NCBI RefSeq assembly: GCF_009914755.1
Contig: NC_060930.1
From: the human T2T-CHM13v2.0 reference genome, Homo sapiens
Reading direction: 5' to 3' (one strand)
DNA: 64,000 bases
Shown: positions 26,518 through 41,071 of the stretch, one piece after another
Layout: every line of letters begins with the position of its first letter
Numbering within the stretch: position 1 is the stretch's first letter
Translations under genes and position numbers: made by a program
Notes under the pieces: generated by a model
Seen by the model: only the letters and a program-made list of their open reading frames with translations
Database searches by the model: none
What the model was told of the DNA's origin: nothing

Positions 26518-28425
26518 AATTATTTACATATTCTAGATACTGTTCCTTTATTGGATATGTGTTTGTGAATATTTTGTTCCAGTCTGTAGATTTTTTTTTC
26601 ATAATCTAAACAGGGTCTTTAATAGAAAAATGTTTTAAATTTTGATAAAGTCTAATATTTTTATTTCTATTACAGATTATACATTTGGTTTCATGTCTAA
26701 GAACTCTTTACAAAGCCTTAGTCTGAAAGATTTTTTATGAAGTTTTTTCTAAAAGTTCCATAGTTTCATGTTCACATTTACATCTATGATTCATGTTGAA
26801 TTAAATTTTGTAAAAGATATGAGGTTTATGTTGAAATTTGTTATTTTGCCTGTGAATATCCAATTGTTCCAGAAACATTTATTAAAATCATGATTCTTCC
26901 TCCATTGAGTTGCTTTTGCATTTTGGTCAAAAATGAGTTGGCTGTGCTTTTGGAACCATTTTTGAATCCTCTGCCTTTTTCCATTCCACTTTGTGTTTAT
27001 CCTTTTGTTAATACCATGAATATTGGTAGTCATATAGTAAGTCTTGAATTTTGTTAGAAAGATTCCTCCTGCTTTATTCTTTTTCAAAATTGTTTCAGCT
27101 ATTCTTATTTCTGTACCTTTCTGTATATTTTAGAAAAACCTTGTCTATCTGCATCAAAATAAAAACTTGCTTAGATTTTTTGAGGAATTTCCTTAAACCA
27201 ATGAATCAATATAAAAAAATTACAGCTTGCTATGTTGAGTCTTCTAATCCATAGACTCAGTATATCTCTCCATTTATTTAGATCTTATTTCATCAATGTT
27301 TTCCAACTTTTAACATTAAAGTCTATACATATTTTGTTATATTTACATGTAAGTATTTCATTTACTAAGTGATTGTAAAATGTATTGCATTTTTAAATTT
27401 TGGTTTCCACATCCGCATTGCTAGTATATAAAAATAGAATTAATTTTTGGATACTGCTGTTGTACACCTGCAGCATGCTAAACTCAATTCTAGGAGTTTC
27501 TTTGTAGATTTCTTAGGACGTGTTATATAGATAATAATGTCTCCTGTGAATAGGGACAGTTTCTTCCTTTCCAATCTGTATGGTTTTATTTTCTTATCTT
27601 GTTTTATTGTAGTGTCTAGAACTTCCATTATTGTATTAAATGGCATCTTTGTCTTGTTTGCAATCTTAGAGGAAATATATTCAGTTTTAAATCATTAAGT
27701 ATGATACTGCTTGAAGGTTATCTGTAGAAGTTCTTTATCAAATTGTGGAAGTTACCCCTATTTTCCTGGTTTTTATCATGATTGGGTGTTGAATTTCTTT
27801 AAATGCTTTTTCTGTGACACTTGATATGATCATTTGATTTCTGTTGCTGAGCCTGTCAATATGATGAATTAAACTGATTGAATGTTTAATATTAAACCAA
27901 CTTTGTTCTTCTGAAATGAATCCCATTTTGTCACACTGTATAGTTTTTTTACAAATTGTTGAATTTTATTGGCTAATATTTTGTTAAGGTTATTCGGATC
28001 TACATTCATGTGGGATATTGGTCTATAATTTTCCCTTTTTTTGTATTGTCTCTTTCTGGTTTTGGTATCAGAATAATAATTTATAAAATAAATTCAAAAC
28101 TGTTCCCTCTTTCATTTTCTGTAAGAGATTAAGTAAAATTTGTGTGAATTATTATTTAAATACTTGATAGAATTATGTAGCAAAAATACTTGGTCCTGGA
28201 GACTTCTTTTTAGGGAAGTTTTCAAATTAATATTCAATTTCTTTAATTTTTACAGGGCTACTTAAATGACCTAAATATTAATTAGGTATTACTAATTAAA
28301 TATTAGGTTAGTTGTGACAGACTGTCCCTTTTGGGGCACTAGTCCATTTCATCAAAGTTGTCAAATCTGTGGGTTCTGCTTTGATTGTTTGTCTCCTCCA
28401 AATCTCATGTTGAAATATAATTGTT

Positions 28426-29085
<660 letters not shown>

Positions 29086-30262
29086 GAAATATAATTGTTA
29101 TTGAAACAGTATTAAGAGGTGAGACCTCTAAGAGGTGATTAAGCTATGAGTGTTTCATCTTCCAGGTTTGGATTGGTGCCATTATAAAAGGGTAACTTTA
29201 GCCCCTTCTTGCTCTCTCTTGTCCTCTCGCCTCCTGCCATATAAAGAAAACACAGCAAGAAGGTCCAATACATTTATGTTCATTATAAATTTCCCAGGCT
29301 GCGGTATTCTGTTATTGCAACACAAAGAGAGGACTAAGACACTGCGCATTGTTAGTAGTAGTAGTTTTTTTTTTTTTTTACTTTACTTTTGATGTCTGCC
29401 CAGTCTATAGATATATCCTGTTTGTTTGCTGATGTTAATTTGTGTCTTCTTTCTTTGTCAGTCTTGCTAGAGGTTGATCAATTGTATTGACATTTTCAAA
29501 GAGACAACTTTTTGTTTTATTGATTTTCTGTATTGTTTTCCTCTTTTCAATTCAGTTATTTCTGCTTTTATCTTTCTCATTTCCTTCCTTCTGCTTGCTT
29601 TGGGTTTATATTACTCCTCATTAACTAGGTTCTGAGATTGGATCCTATCTTATTGATTTGAGACATTTCATCTTTGCTAGTATGAACATTTAGTACTATA
29701 AATTATTCTTTTTGCCTGCTTTAGCTGCATCCAACACATTATCATATATGGTGTTTTCATTTTCATTTGGTTCAATGTATTTTCCTATTTCACTTGAGAC
29801 CTTCCTTTTTGACTCCTGGCTTATTTAAAGGTGCATTATTTAGTTACTAATGTTTAGAGATTTTCCTGTTGTCTTATTGTTATTGATTTCTAGTTTGGTT
29901 ACATTGTGGTCACAGAATATATGCTAAATGATTCATTTTAAAAAATGTGTTGAAGTTTTTCTTTTGGCCCAGCATATGGTTTATCGTGGTATCTATTTCA
30001 TAGGCACTCAAAAAAAATTTTGTTTTCTGCTACGGTGGATAGAGTGTTCTATGAATGTCTATTAGATTGCATTTATTCATGGTATTTTATTGTACTTCTA
30101 TGTTAGTTGATTTTCTGTTTAATTGTTTTATTGACTGTTGAGAGAGAGGTGTTAAGTTTACAATTATACATATGCATTTATTTCTCCTTTAAGTTCTATC
30201 AGTTTTTGCTTCATATATGTCTTGTTTCTGTTTTGGTGCTTAGACCTGTAAGATTTTGGTGG

Positions 30263-30580
30263 TTTGTTTGTTTGTTTGTTTTAGATACAGGGTCTCACTC
30301 TGTCACCCAGGCTGAAGTGTAGTGGCACAAAAATAGATCATTCTAACCTCAAATTCCTGGACTGAAGCTATTCTCCCACCTCAAGACTTCAGCATCCCAA
30401 ATAGTTAAGAATTCAGGTATGTGCTGCTACACCCTGCTACTTTTTAAAACTTTTTTATTTTTTTTTAGAAGAGATGGAGTCTCACTATAGTGCATTGGCT
30501 AGTCTTGAACTATAGCACTCAAGTGATCCTCCCACCTCAGCCTACCCATACCACTGTGGTGTGAGCAGTCACAACCAGCC
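30263..30580 (-). mobile_element. AluJ (diverged)
   Basis: (TTTG)n tail, ACAGGGTCTCACTCTGTCACCCAGG, CTCAAGTGATCCTCCCACCTCAGCC. Confidence 0.9.
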
Positions 30581-32743
30581 TATCGCTGGTAATTTTTTAC
30601 TCTAATGTTAATTTTATCTGTTATTGATATAGCCACTCTTGCTTTCTTTTGATTAATGTTGGCATGACCTATCTTTTTCCATCCTTTTACCTTCAACTTA
30701 GCTGTTATAAATTGTTATATCTGAAGTAAGTTCCTCTTTGACAGCATATGTTTGGGTTACTTTTTTCCCACTCTGCCAATAACTGTCTTAATGGTTTATT
30801 TAGGCCATTTATAATTAATATAATTATTGATATGTTAGGGTATAAGACTGCCATTTTATTAATTTTAATTTTCTGTTTATTCTTTGTTTTTCATTTTTCT
30901 GTGTTTTTTTCTGCCTTTCTTTGGGTTATTTTATTATTCTTTAGAGTCCCATTTTAATTTACCTGTAGGGTATTTTTTCTTCTGTCTTTTTATGTATTTT
31001 TTAATGGGTTCCTCTCAGTGTTATATTAATATACAAAATTTATCACAGTGTTGACATTTAATCAGTTCAAGTGAAGTATAGAAAATTTAATTTAGTATAT
31101 TCCATTTGCCCTTCTCTAATATAACTGTCTTACATATTTTCTCGCACATGATGTAGTGTTATAATTATTATCTTACATGACATTTATCTCACATGAGATA
31201 GTGTTATAATTTTTGTTTTAATCACTGCACATAAACTGAAAACTTAAAAGGAGAATTGAAATGTATTATATTTTCCCATCTTTATACTCAGTTGATTGTT
31301 CTTTCTTCCTGATGTTTCCAGATTACTTATTTGATCATTTATTCCTGTTTTGAAAACTTCCTCTAGCCATTTGTATAGGATGAATCTACTGGTATTAAAT
31401 TCCCTTAGTTTTCTTACATTTGAGAATTTTTGTATCTTCCCTTTATTTTTGAAGGATATGTTAGGTGGATATAGAATTTGGAGTCAACATTCCTTTTCGT
31501 CCAGCACGTGAAACATGCTGTGTTACTCTTCCTAATCTCTGTTATTCCTGTTGTGAAATTTTCTGTGTCTTTCTCACTACTTCCACAATTTTTATTCTCT
31601 TTTATTTTTGCACATTTGATTATGCTGAGCTTTAGCATGCATTTTTGGATGTATCTTGTTTGGGGTTCTCAGTTTTAAAAATAGATATCTGTATGTTCTT
31701 TGGCAAAGTTGGGAGCAATTTAGCTCTTATTTCTTCAAATGCTTTTTTATCCCTACCCATTTTCTCCTTTCTTTCTGGTACTCCAATGGTAAAAATTTTA
31801 GATATTTTGTGATAATCCCACTAATCCTTAAGGACCTTTTTAAAGCCCATTTTCTCTCTTTTGTTCAGATTGGGTGTTCCTCTATGTCTTTCAGTTTATT
31901 TTTAGTTCTTTCCCCTCCATTCTGCTATTGAACTCATCCACTTAGCTTTTCATTTCAGTTGCTGTATTTTTCAGTTATTTTCCATTTGGTTATTCTTTGT
32001 ATCTTCTATTTCTTTGCTGACATCTTCTCTTTCTTTGTTGATTTTTTTTTTTTTGCCAAGTGTGTTTAAGATTGATTAATTACTTGCTGCTTGTTGAATG
32101 ATTTATGTGATGGCTGCTTTAAAATCCTTGTCAGATAATATTAAAATCTTTATAATCTTGGTGTTGACAATTATTGATTGCATTTTAACATTCCAGTGGA
32201 GATTTTTCTGTTTCTTGATACAATGAGTGATTTTTTAATATAAGCCTAGCCATTTGGGGGTATTTTATTATAAGAATCTAGGTCATATTTAAATTTTCTG
32301 TTTTCACTGTTCACATCAAACTCTGCTCCAGGTAGAGAAGAGGCATGTTTCTACTATGTTATTGCCAGGTTGGTGTGGAAGCCTAAATTCTCCATTTAGC
32401 TTCCATTGACACTTGTAAGTGGAGGACTTCTAGTTATTGCTGGATGGGGGAGGATAGAGTTTCACCTTCTAGTATGCTCAATCGATACCATCCTGACTGA
32501 TAGAGAGAAGTGTAGAGAAAGAAGTACCTCATTACTGCTCCCTCTGTGGCCTCTATGTTTTGGAGGGACACTTATTGCTGGTTAGTAGTAAAATTCCTGA
32601 CTCTCCACTAGGCCACCTTGACATCACCCCAGTGGGGAAAGAGAAGATGCCCAATTACCTTCCAATGGGAACTTCTTACATGCTTTCCACTGTCACCATG
32701 GGAAAGAGGGTAACTTATTACTGCTTAGCAAGGAATAAGTCTT

Positions 32744-33143
32744 TGTATTAATTTTCTAGCACTGTGATAAGAAAGTACTACAGATCAGGTGGATTAATTT
32801 TCTCATGGTTCTGGAGGCCAGAAGTCCATGATCAAGTCTGCAGAAGTGTTTCTTCTGAGGCTCCTCTCCTTGACTTGTGGATGGCTGTCTTTTTGCCTTT
32901 TCCTTCTATGTGTTCACATGGTTTTCATTCTGTACACCCCCATGTCTGGTACCTCTTTGTGTGTCTCATTCTTCTCTTCTAGTAAGGAGACCAGTCATAT
33001 TGTGTTAGGGACCATCCTATTGGCCCCATTTTAGCTTAATTACCTCTTTAAAGACCCTGTTTCCAAATGTAATCATATTTTGAGGTATTTAGTATTGAAG
33101 CTTCAACATATAAATATTAGGGGGCACAATTTAGCCTTGAACC
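32744..33143 (-). mobile_element. MLT1B-like solo LTR
   Basis: TGTATTAATTTTC...TTCTGGAGGCCAGAAGTCC...TTAATTACCTCTTTAAAGACCCTGTTTCCAAAT...CTTCAACATAT. Confidence 0.85.
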
Positions 33144-33859
33144 ATGCCGTTGTCTCTTTTGGCCTTCTCTGATAATACCCCAACATGAGCATTAAGATGC
33201 CTTGTTACAATATGTCTAGGGTTAGAGTCTAGGCTCTCCATTTAGCCTTGCTGGTAGCATTGGCATTGGAACCAGAGCTTTTTCCTGTGGTATTTGACTA
33301 GAGAATAATTATTATCTAACAATTTGCTGTCTTGCAAGGCTGACTCTTTCCTGGTCCCTTTACTTGGGATATGTTGAGAAAAAGTTTGCATGAGGAATAT
33401 TTTGCTAAAGTCTCCTACCACAACTGGTTCTAAGCTACACTTAACAATGTTTGGCTCTAATCAGCATTTTTCATATCTTATGTTTAAATACTTTGAGTGC
33501 CTTTCTTAAGTCATTATTCCATAATTATTTCCTCTGTTTCTTCCTTGTGCACATAGTACAACAAATACACGTAGCTTTATATTCCTCCACCAGTGAAGCT
33601 GATAAAATATCAAACACTCCATATAGGACAAATCAAGATGACATTGACAATTGCAGTGACACCAATAATTTACTAAAGAAGAAGAAGGAAGCAGTCTTCC
33701 CTGGACTGAGCATTTTACATGTATTATTTTATTAAATACTCATGCAACTCTAAAAGTAGTTAAGATTACATTGAAAACTTAGAATGTTTTGGTGTGAATT
33801 ATTTCTGTATTTTTAGTAGCTAATGGTCCTAACCTGGAATCAACTGTTTGCTATATGCC

Positions 33860-34335
33860 TTCTGTTGGTGCTTACAAATTCCTTCTTTGTTCTTTTCCAT
33901 TCATCTCTCTGCCCTGGGAAAGGGAGGTGATCCTGTGAGTCTGGCATCAAGGTACTCTCTTGCCAATGAATGAGAAATACTGGCAGGATATTAGAGGATG
34001 GGAAGAGAATGATGTTCATGTATTTATTCCCATGGTCTGCTCTCTGTCAGTTGCTGCATAGTGTTTGTATCTCTGTACCTAATGTCACAGCTCTGGTTGG
34101 TTGGGTTTTGGGAGCTCTCTTCAAACAGATGCTTTTGCTGGATTCCAGTAATTGTTCTTTACCTTTTCCTTTCAAGCCAAGTATGCTAAGTGCTTCTATT
34201 GTTGTAAACCCCATTTCTTACTGGTTTCCCTTCTTATAGGTTTCCCTTAAGCCTATCTACAATGTTCTATATAGCCTCATTCATCAAAATTTCTCAATTA
34301 CCTCATTTGAGTGTGCCATCTATTTCTAGTTTTGT
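33860..34335 (+). mobile_element. LTR33-like (ERVL) solo LTR
   Basis: GTATTTATTCCC and terminal ATTACCTCATTTGAGTGTGCCATCTATTTC match recalled LTR33. Confidence 0.7.
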
Positions 34336-34544
34336 TCAGTGCAGACCGATTTATACATGTTTAAATTGTTAGTTTTGATCCCTTATATCTACAGTTTCCA
34401 AAGTGACTTTCAGTGGCTTCCATATAGTTTATTATTTTACAACACCGTGTAAACTACTTATGTATTTCTCTCAAAATGTTCTAGAAAAGATTTCACTTTT
34501 AAAATATTGTTATTAAGAATATAACTTCCAAACATGATTCTTAC

Positions 34545-34664
34545 CTTCAGCAGCTGTTTGCCTTAGTTCAGAGAACAGCAGTTACATTAGAAATACGGAA
34601 TTCAACATTTTCATGATAAGTTTAGCCTGTTGAGGCCAATCTTGCATGTTGAACATATAAAAGA
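34545..34664 (-). other. Candidate non-coding exon (120 bp)
   Basis: Minus-strand acceptor TTTGTTTTGTTTGTGTTTTTTTAAATATCAG| and donor AAG|GTAAGA; stops in all three frames; motif evidence only. Confidence 0.22.
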
Positions 34665-35004
34665 CTGATATTTAAAAAAACACAAACAAAACAAATAATT
34701 TTTGCCATTATAATATATTTTCTCCCAGTCCTACTGTTAACTTTACTGTTCCATTTCTAATAATCAGCCTTGGCTGCACCGGGGTACAACTGGAAGGTTT
34801 TGATTAATTTACCAACCTACGTGAGGAGGCTTCAGTGACTTATTGTGAGGTTGCTTCGGTTAGGCATGGATGGTACATTACTGTTCTTTTCTAAGTTGAT
34901 AATGTTCTGTGTTTGATACTCAGTTGTGTGTAACTTGGCTCACCCAGACTTCTTTGTGATTATTCTTTCATATATTAATTTGTTTTGCTCTTTATGTTTT
35001 CCAG

Positions 35005-35244
35005 AAATTCAGAGTTTGATTGCAAGTTGTACTTCTGGGTATTCTTAAGGCAGATCTTCTGTTCTTTGATCAGCCTTGTTTTAGCTTCCTGTATGCCCAG
35101 CTGTGCAAGTGTACTGCCATCATCCATCAATTCCACATGTCTAGACTCACAAAAGCGAATGGCTGTCGGCATTGCTTCCAAACTGGTAGCTGGCTGACAT
35201 CCAGCTGCTCTTTACTGGTGATTTTGTATGCTAATATCCCATAG
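35005..35244 (+). other. Candidate non-coding exon (240 bp)
   Basis: Acceptor TTTGTTTTGCTCTTTATGTTTTCCAG| and donor TAG|GTAAAT; interior richer in GC than the flanks; stops in all three frames; motif evidence only. Confidence 0.27.
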
Positions 35245-36066
35245 GTAAATGTTATTGAAACTGGTTAAGCCACATCTTTGTAGTTTTTTCCCCCCATGTG
35301 TTATGGCTTAAAGGAAGGATGGAAAATTTAGACTTCCAATATGATCAGTGTAAAGATCAATTCAAACACTCTTGTTGCTACTGAGGAGTTAGGTCTTGTA
35401 AAGAGTGTGGCCTTACAACTTTTGAATGTGGATGGATAATGAACTGATTACTATTGAATTCCCCTTTTCTCTATCGTGTATGTTTACATGGTATGGGTAT
35501 CACCTACAGTCTTTTCCAACCCCACAAATAACCATTCTGATGCTAGAGACAACTTAGAATTAGATTCTTCCTACTTTAGTAGTTGTCTTTTCTATCATCA
35601 TTTTTGAACTAAACAGTAAAGATGACTGATACATAAGTGACGAAGAATGATGGGGACTGTAAAAATCTTAAGACAATGCAATGGCAATGGCAAGTATCTT
35701 TTGTGGATGTGTATTTCTGCTAAGCATTTGAAGTATATCCCATGATTTTCTATTTCTTATTAATAAAGTTATTGGATTTTAATAGCCTATGTATATCTTT
35801 TTCAAGCATAATTATTTTTATGTCACTAACATTTCAACAAAACCAGCAACTATTCTTATTCATCTTTGAATGTACCCTGCCATTTTGCCTTAATAGGAGT
35901 AGATTTATAACCAGATTAAGCCCTGGTTTTCAATCCAATATGTTATTAGACAGTTAACTGAAGAAAAATATATAATAGAAATGAATTATTGCATGAGAGT
36001 CTTCTTTTGATAGCATGACATCTCCATCATTACTCCCATTTTTCTCTCTTAACCTTTTGTGATACC

Positions 36067-36514
36067 TGTGAAATGTGATATACCAAATGACATCACTCTG
36101 GTTCAGAGCTCTAAAAGGCTTTCAGATAACCATTCTGAGAAGGACTTCCTGCTTGACCTATGGACTTGCAAATGAAGGACTTGACTTGAACCTCTGAACT
36201 GGGCCAAATGGCCATGATCACAACATTCTGGAACAGCTAAATTTTACCAGCAGTGCAACTCCTGAAAAGTGACAACCAATGAACTATGGACTTATATACT
36301 AAGCCAGCCACCTCCACCAACGACATTTCTTTCAAAACAACTTGTGTAATTATTATTGGCATCCTTTTAAAAAATCCCTATTCCCCTTTCTCTCTTCAAA
36401 ACTTGATTTGGCATCTAGCTGAACTGCGTCTCTCAAATTGCAGTTCCTAAGACCCCAATAAACACCTTGTCTTACTGTTTTGCAGTTTGATCGTTTGTGT
36501 CTTCTGGGTTAACT
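36067..36514 (+). mobile_element. ERV1-class solo LTR (MER34-like)
   Basis: TG start, CCAAT, TTTTAAAAAA TATA-like element, AATTGCAGTTCCTAAGACCCCAATAAA poly(A) region; possible 4-bp TSD TACC/AACC. Confidence 0.65.
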
Positions 36515-36839
36515 AACCAAAAATCATTACAATTATGCACTCAGAGCCTAGAAATCCTCTGCTTTTCAAGGTTAACGGCACTGCCCCCAATTGCTAGAGA
36601 TCTGAGGAGCAACTGTAGCTCTTTTTGATAATGACTAATACATACATTGCCACAAGATATTTTGTGTAACAGAATTTGAAAGTTAATAAACTTACAAAGC
36701 TAACTAAAGAAACATGATAATGGAGTTGTTGAGATTGGAACCATATACCATCAGAGCATCAGTCTCTCCCAGAAATCTGTTCAATGTGCTAGGGGAAAAT
36801 GTCTCTTTCTTCATATATTCATATTTTAGTAACTAAGAT

Positions 36840-37395
36840 AGATAATACACCAATAGTAAAAAAGATGTAGATATGCTATCAGACAGTGTTGAGTTCCAGA
36901 AAGAAAAAATAGACAAAACAACGGCAGAGAGAGTAAGGAAATGTTTTTTAGGTAGGAAAAAGAGGAAACATCTCTCCGGGGAGGTGACATTGAGCAGAGA
37001 TGTGAATGAAAGTGGGTCATGTGGATATCTGAGGGAATATTATTTCATGCAAAAGGAGCACAAGTTCAAATGTGATTGGTTACTCTGGGAACGTGAAGAG
37101 GAGCAGTATGATGAGAGCACTGTCAGCAAGTGATAAAGTGATAGGGTATCAGTTAATGTACCAAGATCTAGATCATTACAAGATATTGCAGGTCAGAATG
37201 ACGACTTTAGTCAAAATGTGTTGGAAAACCAGTTAATGGTTGATGAGTGGTTTTAAACAGGGGAATAAAAAGATCTATAGGGTCACTCTTACTGCTGAGT
37301 GGACAACAGACTGCAGAGAAGCAGGAGTGAGGCAAAGAAGCCGTTGTAAGAAAATTATAGTAGTCTAAGCAAGACATAGTCATGTTGTGGGCTAG
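36840..37395 (-). mobile_element. L2a-like fragment
   Basis: GGAGGTGACATTGAGCAGAGATGTGAATGA, TGTGGATATCTGAGGGAA, TTTTAAACAGGGGA, TCACTCTTACTGCTG. Confidence 0.75.
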
Positions 37396-37447
37396 ACAGT
37401 CACCCTAGATTATTGGCCATGCTGTCAGCAGATTTTTACAATCCTCA

Positions 37448-37773
<326 letters not shown>

Positions 37774-40319
37774 GAACATGTTACAGAAAGTTATGCGTTC
37801 AGTAGTTTAGGAAGTATTTGGGAAATCTTTTAGTCAGTACAGACTAGTTCTGCCACCAAATATTAATGTCCCCTTGGGCAGAAAATTGCAATTTCCCATT
37901 TCAGTGCTCAGGGTTTGGACTAAATTATCACAATAACCTCCATCTCTGACCTTCTGTGTTTCTCAGCAGACTAATATAAATGATCTAGAACATGAAAATG
38001 TGTGAACTTTAGGACTTCAGTACAACATTAGAGTATCTTATGCCAAACTCCTTCTAATTCCCAGGGAAACATTAGGAAACTACTATTATGTTGTAGAGAA
38101 AGAAAGTTAGAAGACTTTTTGGTAAGCTTTTTACAATGAATAATAAATGTGCAAAATCACTTAAAAAAGTCTATTCCTAGGAGCTTTTTCTTGATTTTCG
38201 TTTGATTGTCTATAATTATGCAATCCAAAGTCTCCAACTGAATTAAACATCCCATAACCATTTTAATGACTCAGGATAGAAAGAAAAAATTGCAGCATTT
38301 AAATTCTGTTTCAATATGATGACTCTTGAGAATTTTACTGACCTTGATGGAATTTTTGGAATTTGAGTTCATTTGTAATCAAACTAGAAAAAAATGTTTT
38401 GAAATGCTATTTAGATGCTCAAAAGGATTATTGGACCCTAAATAACTTTCATTACATGACATTTTGATAAGGTCATTGTAAGTGAGTCAGAAACATGGAC
38501 TACATTTCCTTTAAAAATACACATCCCTTCACAACAGATTTGGTCCTAACTCATTTTGGCTTTTGCTGAATCCCAAGTGTTTTTCCTTCTACTTTTTTTT
38601 CCCTTTAAATTCTCCAGTAAACTTGCTAAACCGGTAATCTAGGTGAGCTCACCTGCTCCTTCCACTCACTTCCCTGTTGAATTTAGCCTCGGGCTTTGCT
38701 TTAATAGCATAGATCCTTAGAGCAGAGAGTTTTATACACAGGAACAGGGGAAGCACAGAGTCTAATAAAGGCCTGGGAATTTTTGTTGTTGTTGTTTCTT
38801 TTGAAAAAGGAGAGCTCTAAGGGAATGATATTGTTCCAGAGAACTGACTCAAATGTGTTCTGTATTTGAACTCTGTGATTATGAAATTTCAACTAAAGCT
38901 ATAAAAAGCAAAACTAACAGACACCAGAGCATGCCAAAGAAAAACAGGATGTTCTTTTTTGATTGGGAAATAATTATCTAAGTTCAATGGCTGGGTCCAG
39001 GTAGTTGAGTTTACATTTGCTTCTCCCTCATTATAGAATCAGTTGAATTATGGTAAATTTTCCCTAAGCAGCCAAGCTGTCATTCAAAGGGGTGATTTTA
39101 TTGGGGTGCAAATCCCTTTTGTTATTGCTTCAGTCCATTTTTTAAATGGATTTGAAGCCTGAGGGGAAAGTACAAATTAAGACAGACTTTTCTCTTTATG
39201 CGGTGAACCCAGCCTGTCCTGCCTGCTGCATCCCACTCTAGTACCTCCAGGGTGTTCATCTACCCGGAAAGTCCTCTGCTATTTTATGCTCTATGGAAGT
39301 GAGATGTAAACAAAACTAGCTTACTTCTTTCTCAAAAATCATTACACTGATTGGATTATGTCCTTAGCAACAGAATGAATCTCTCTACATATGTATTACT
39401 CAGTGATTGAAAACTGAGGTTCAGTTTTGAGGTAAAGTAGAATGCACTAAAAAATTGTAGGATTGCAAATAAACAGTAACATTGCTAATGATTTTCCATG
39501 TCTTCCATGTGGGGGAAAGCAGGACAGAGAGTATGGCTTTTTAAAATAGTGAAATTGACTCTTTAAAATTTTTAGAATTGGAGTTCTTCAGTTTATTGGA
39601 AATGACACTGCTGAAGACAATTTAAACATTCTGTTTAAAGTAAATGAAAGAATTATACCGTAATAAAGATCTAAAATGATTCACAAGGATTATAACAGAA
39701 ACAAATTTATATATTACTTGCACCATTTTAACTAGATACTATAATGGAAAGGAAAAACAAAATCAGAAATGGTTACTCTCTTCTGGGAAGTCACTGGTAA
39801 TGAACATACTTTCCTTAACAGCAATGAGGGCATATTTTCTTTCTTTTTTGCCATAAGGGCAATAATGTCATAAGATATATTTTAGAGCTTAATACCCTGT
39901 CATCAGAAATTCAGTTTAATTTTTAAATATAACATCCTTACATTAAAATTTAGAAGAATAATTTTTATGTTAAATAAGGTTTTCAGTAAGTATACTATAT
40001 ATTTACATATATATGGAATATGAATATTTATGAAGACACACGTGAACACTCATATATTTTCTTCAGAACTTGAAATGACCTCAGAAAATTGTTAATTTTC
40101 TTCCTTTGTTTCATGGCAGCATTACCATAATCAGTTTTAGATATCATAATATGCATTATCTTGATATCCCAGAAAATGGCATTTCATGAGTAATCTTCAT
40201 TCTGCATCATCTAATCTAAGTTCTTCCTGCCATACCCTTAGACTTTTTTCCCTTGCTCTTTTATCAACAGAAATGGTCATCAGCATATGAACAATAATAT
40301 TCCTGCATTTCCTTGAAGC

Positions 40320-40760
40320 CTGTTATCACCGTCCTTCAAAATCTCACTCAAAGTCTGCTACCACCATCCTTGGAAATGTCACTGGGGACCAAATAATTAC
40401 TATAAACTTCCTTAGCTAAACCTTTCAATCTAGACTTTGTATCAATTTGACTGCTCTCCTGGATACCCTATTCATGTTGTACCCAACTATGTTAAGTCAC
40501 AGAGAAGAAGACTGTTAGGTGATGGTCTAAATAGGTTTGTGTATAATGGGAAAATTACATTGGTTTTCTTCAGTGTACACTTTATTCATTCCTGAATTCT
40601 GCTTGGCTGTTACGAAATATTGCTGACAACCTTCAAATCACATACTATTCTGAACTCAGGGACTGTCTTCTATTAAATTTCACATAGTCCGGTTACTGAT
40701 TATCTAGTGTGTGTACAGCTATATTTCCTCTAAATGTTTACTATATTTTATCTTTTCCTT
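40320..40760 (-). mobile_element. Possible L3/CR1 fragment
   Basis: GTGATGGTCTAAATAGG...AATGGGAAAATTAC loosely resembles antisense CR1; very diverged. Confidence 0.3.
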
Positions 40761-41071
40761 CGATATCAATCAATTCCCTTATTTGAATAAGAAAAAGTTT
40801 TTGAATAATCATAACAGTTACTGATTACTAAACACTAACCCTGAAATATGCTGTTAAAATGGGTGTTATAATTATAATATTTGGGAGGATAGTTGCATAT
40901 TATGTTTTATTCCTGTAGATTTAGAATGTATAAAGAAGCTCTATAGTAATCTATTTAATTTTGATGGAGAAGTTTTTTTTTAATTCACAAACATTTTATT
41001 AAAAATATGAGCTTGTTGAATCAAATTCTTATAGGAATTTAAACTCAGAGTATGGCAATTAGAAAAGTGGA

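Noticed and set aside
33451-33735. 94-aa ORF with a hydrophilic, lysine-rich tail
   Set aside because: Non-ATG start, no recognisable domain and no good splice boundaries.
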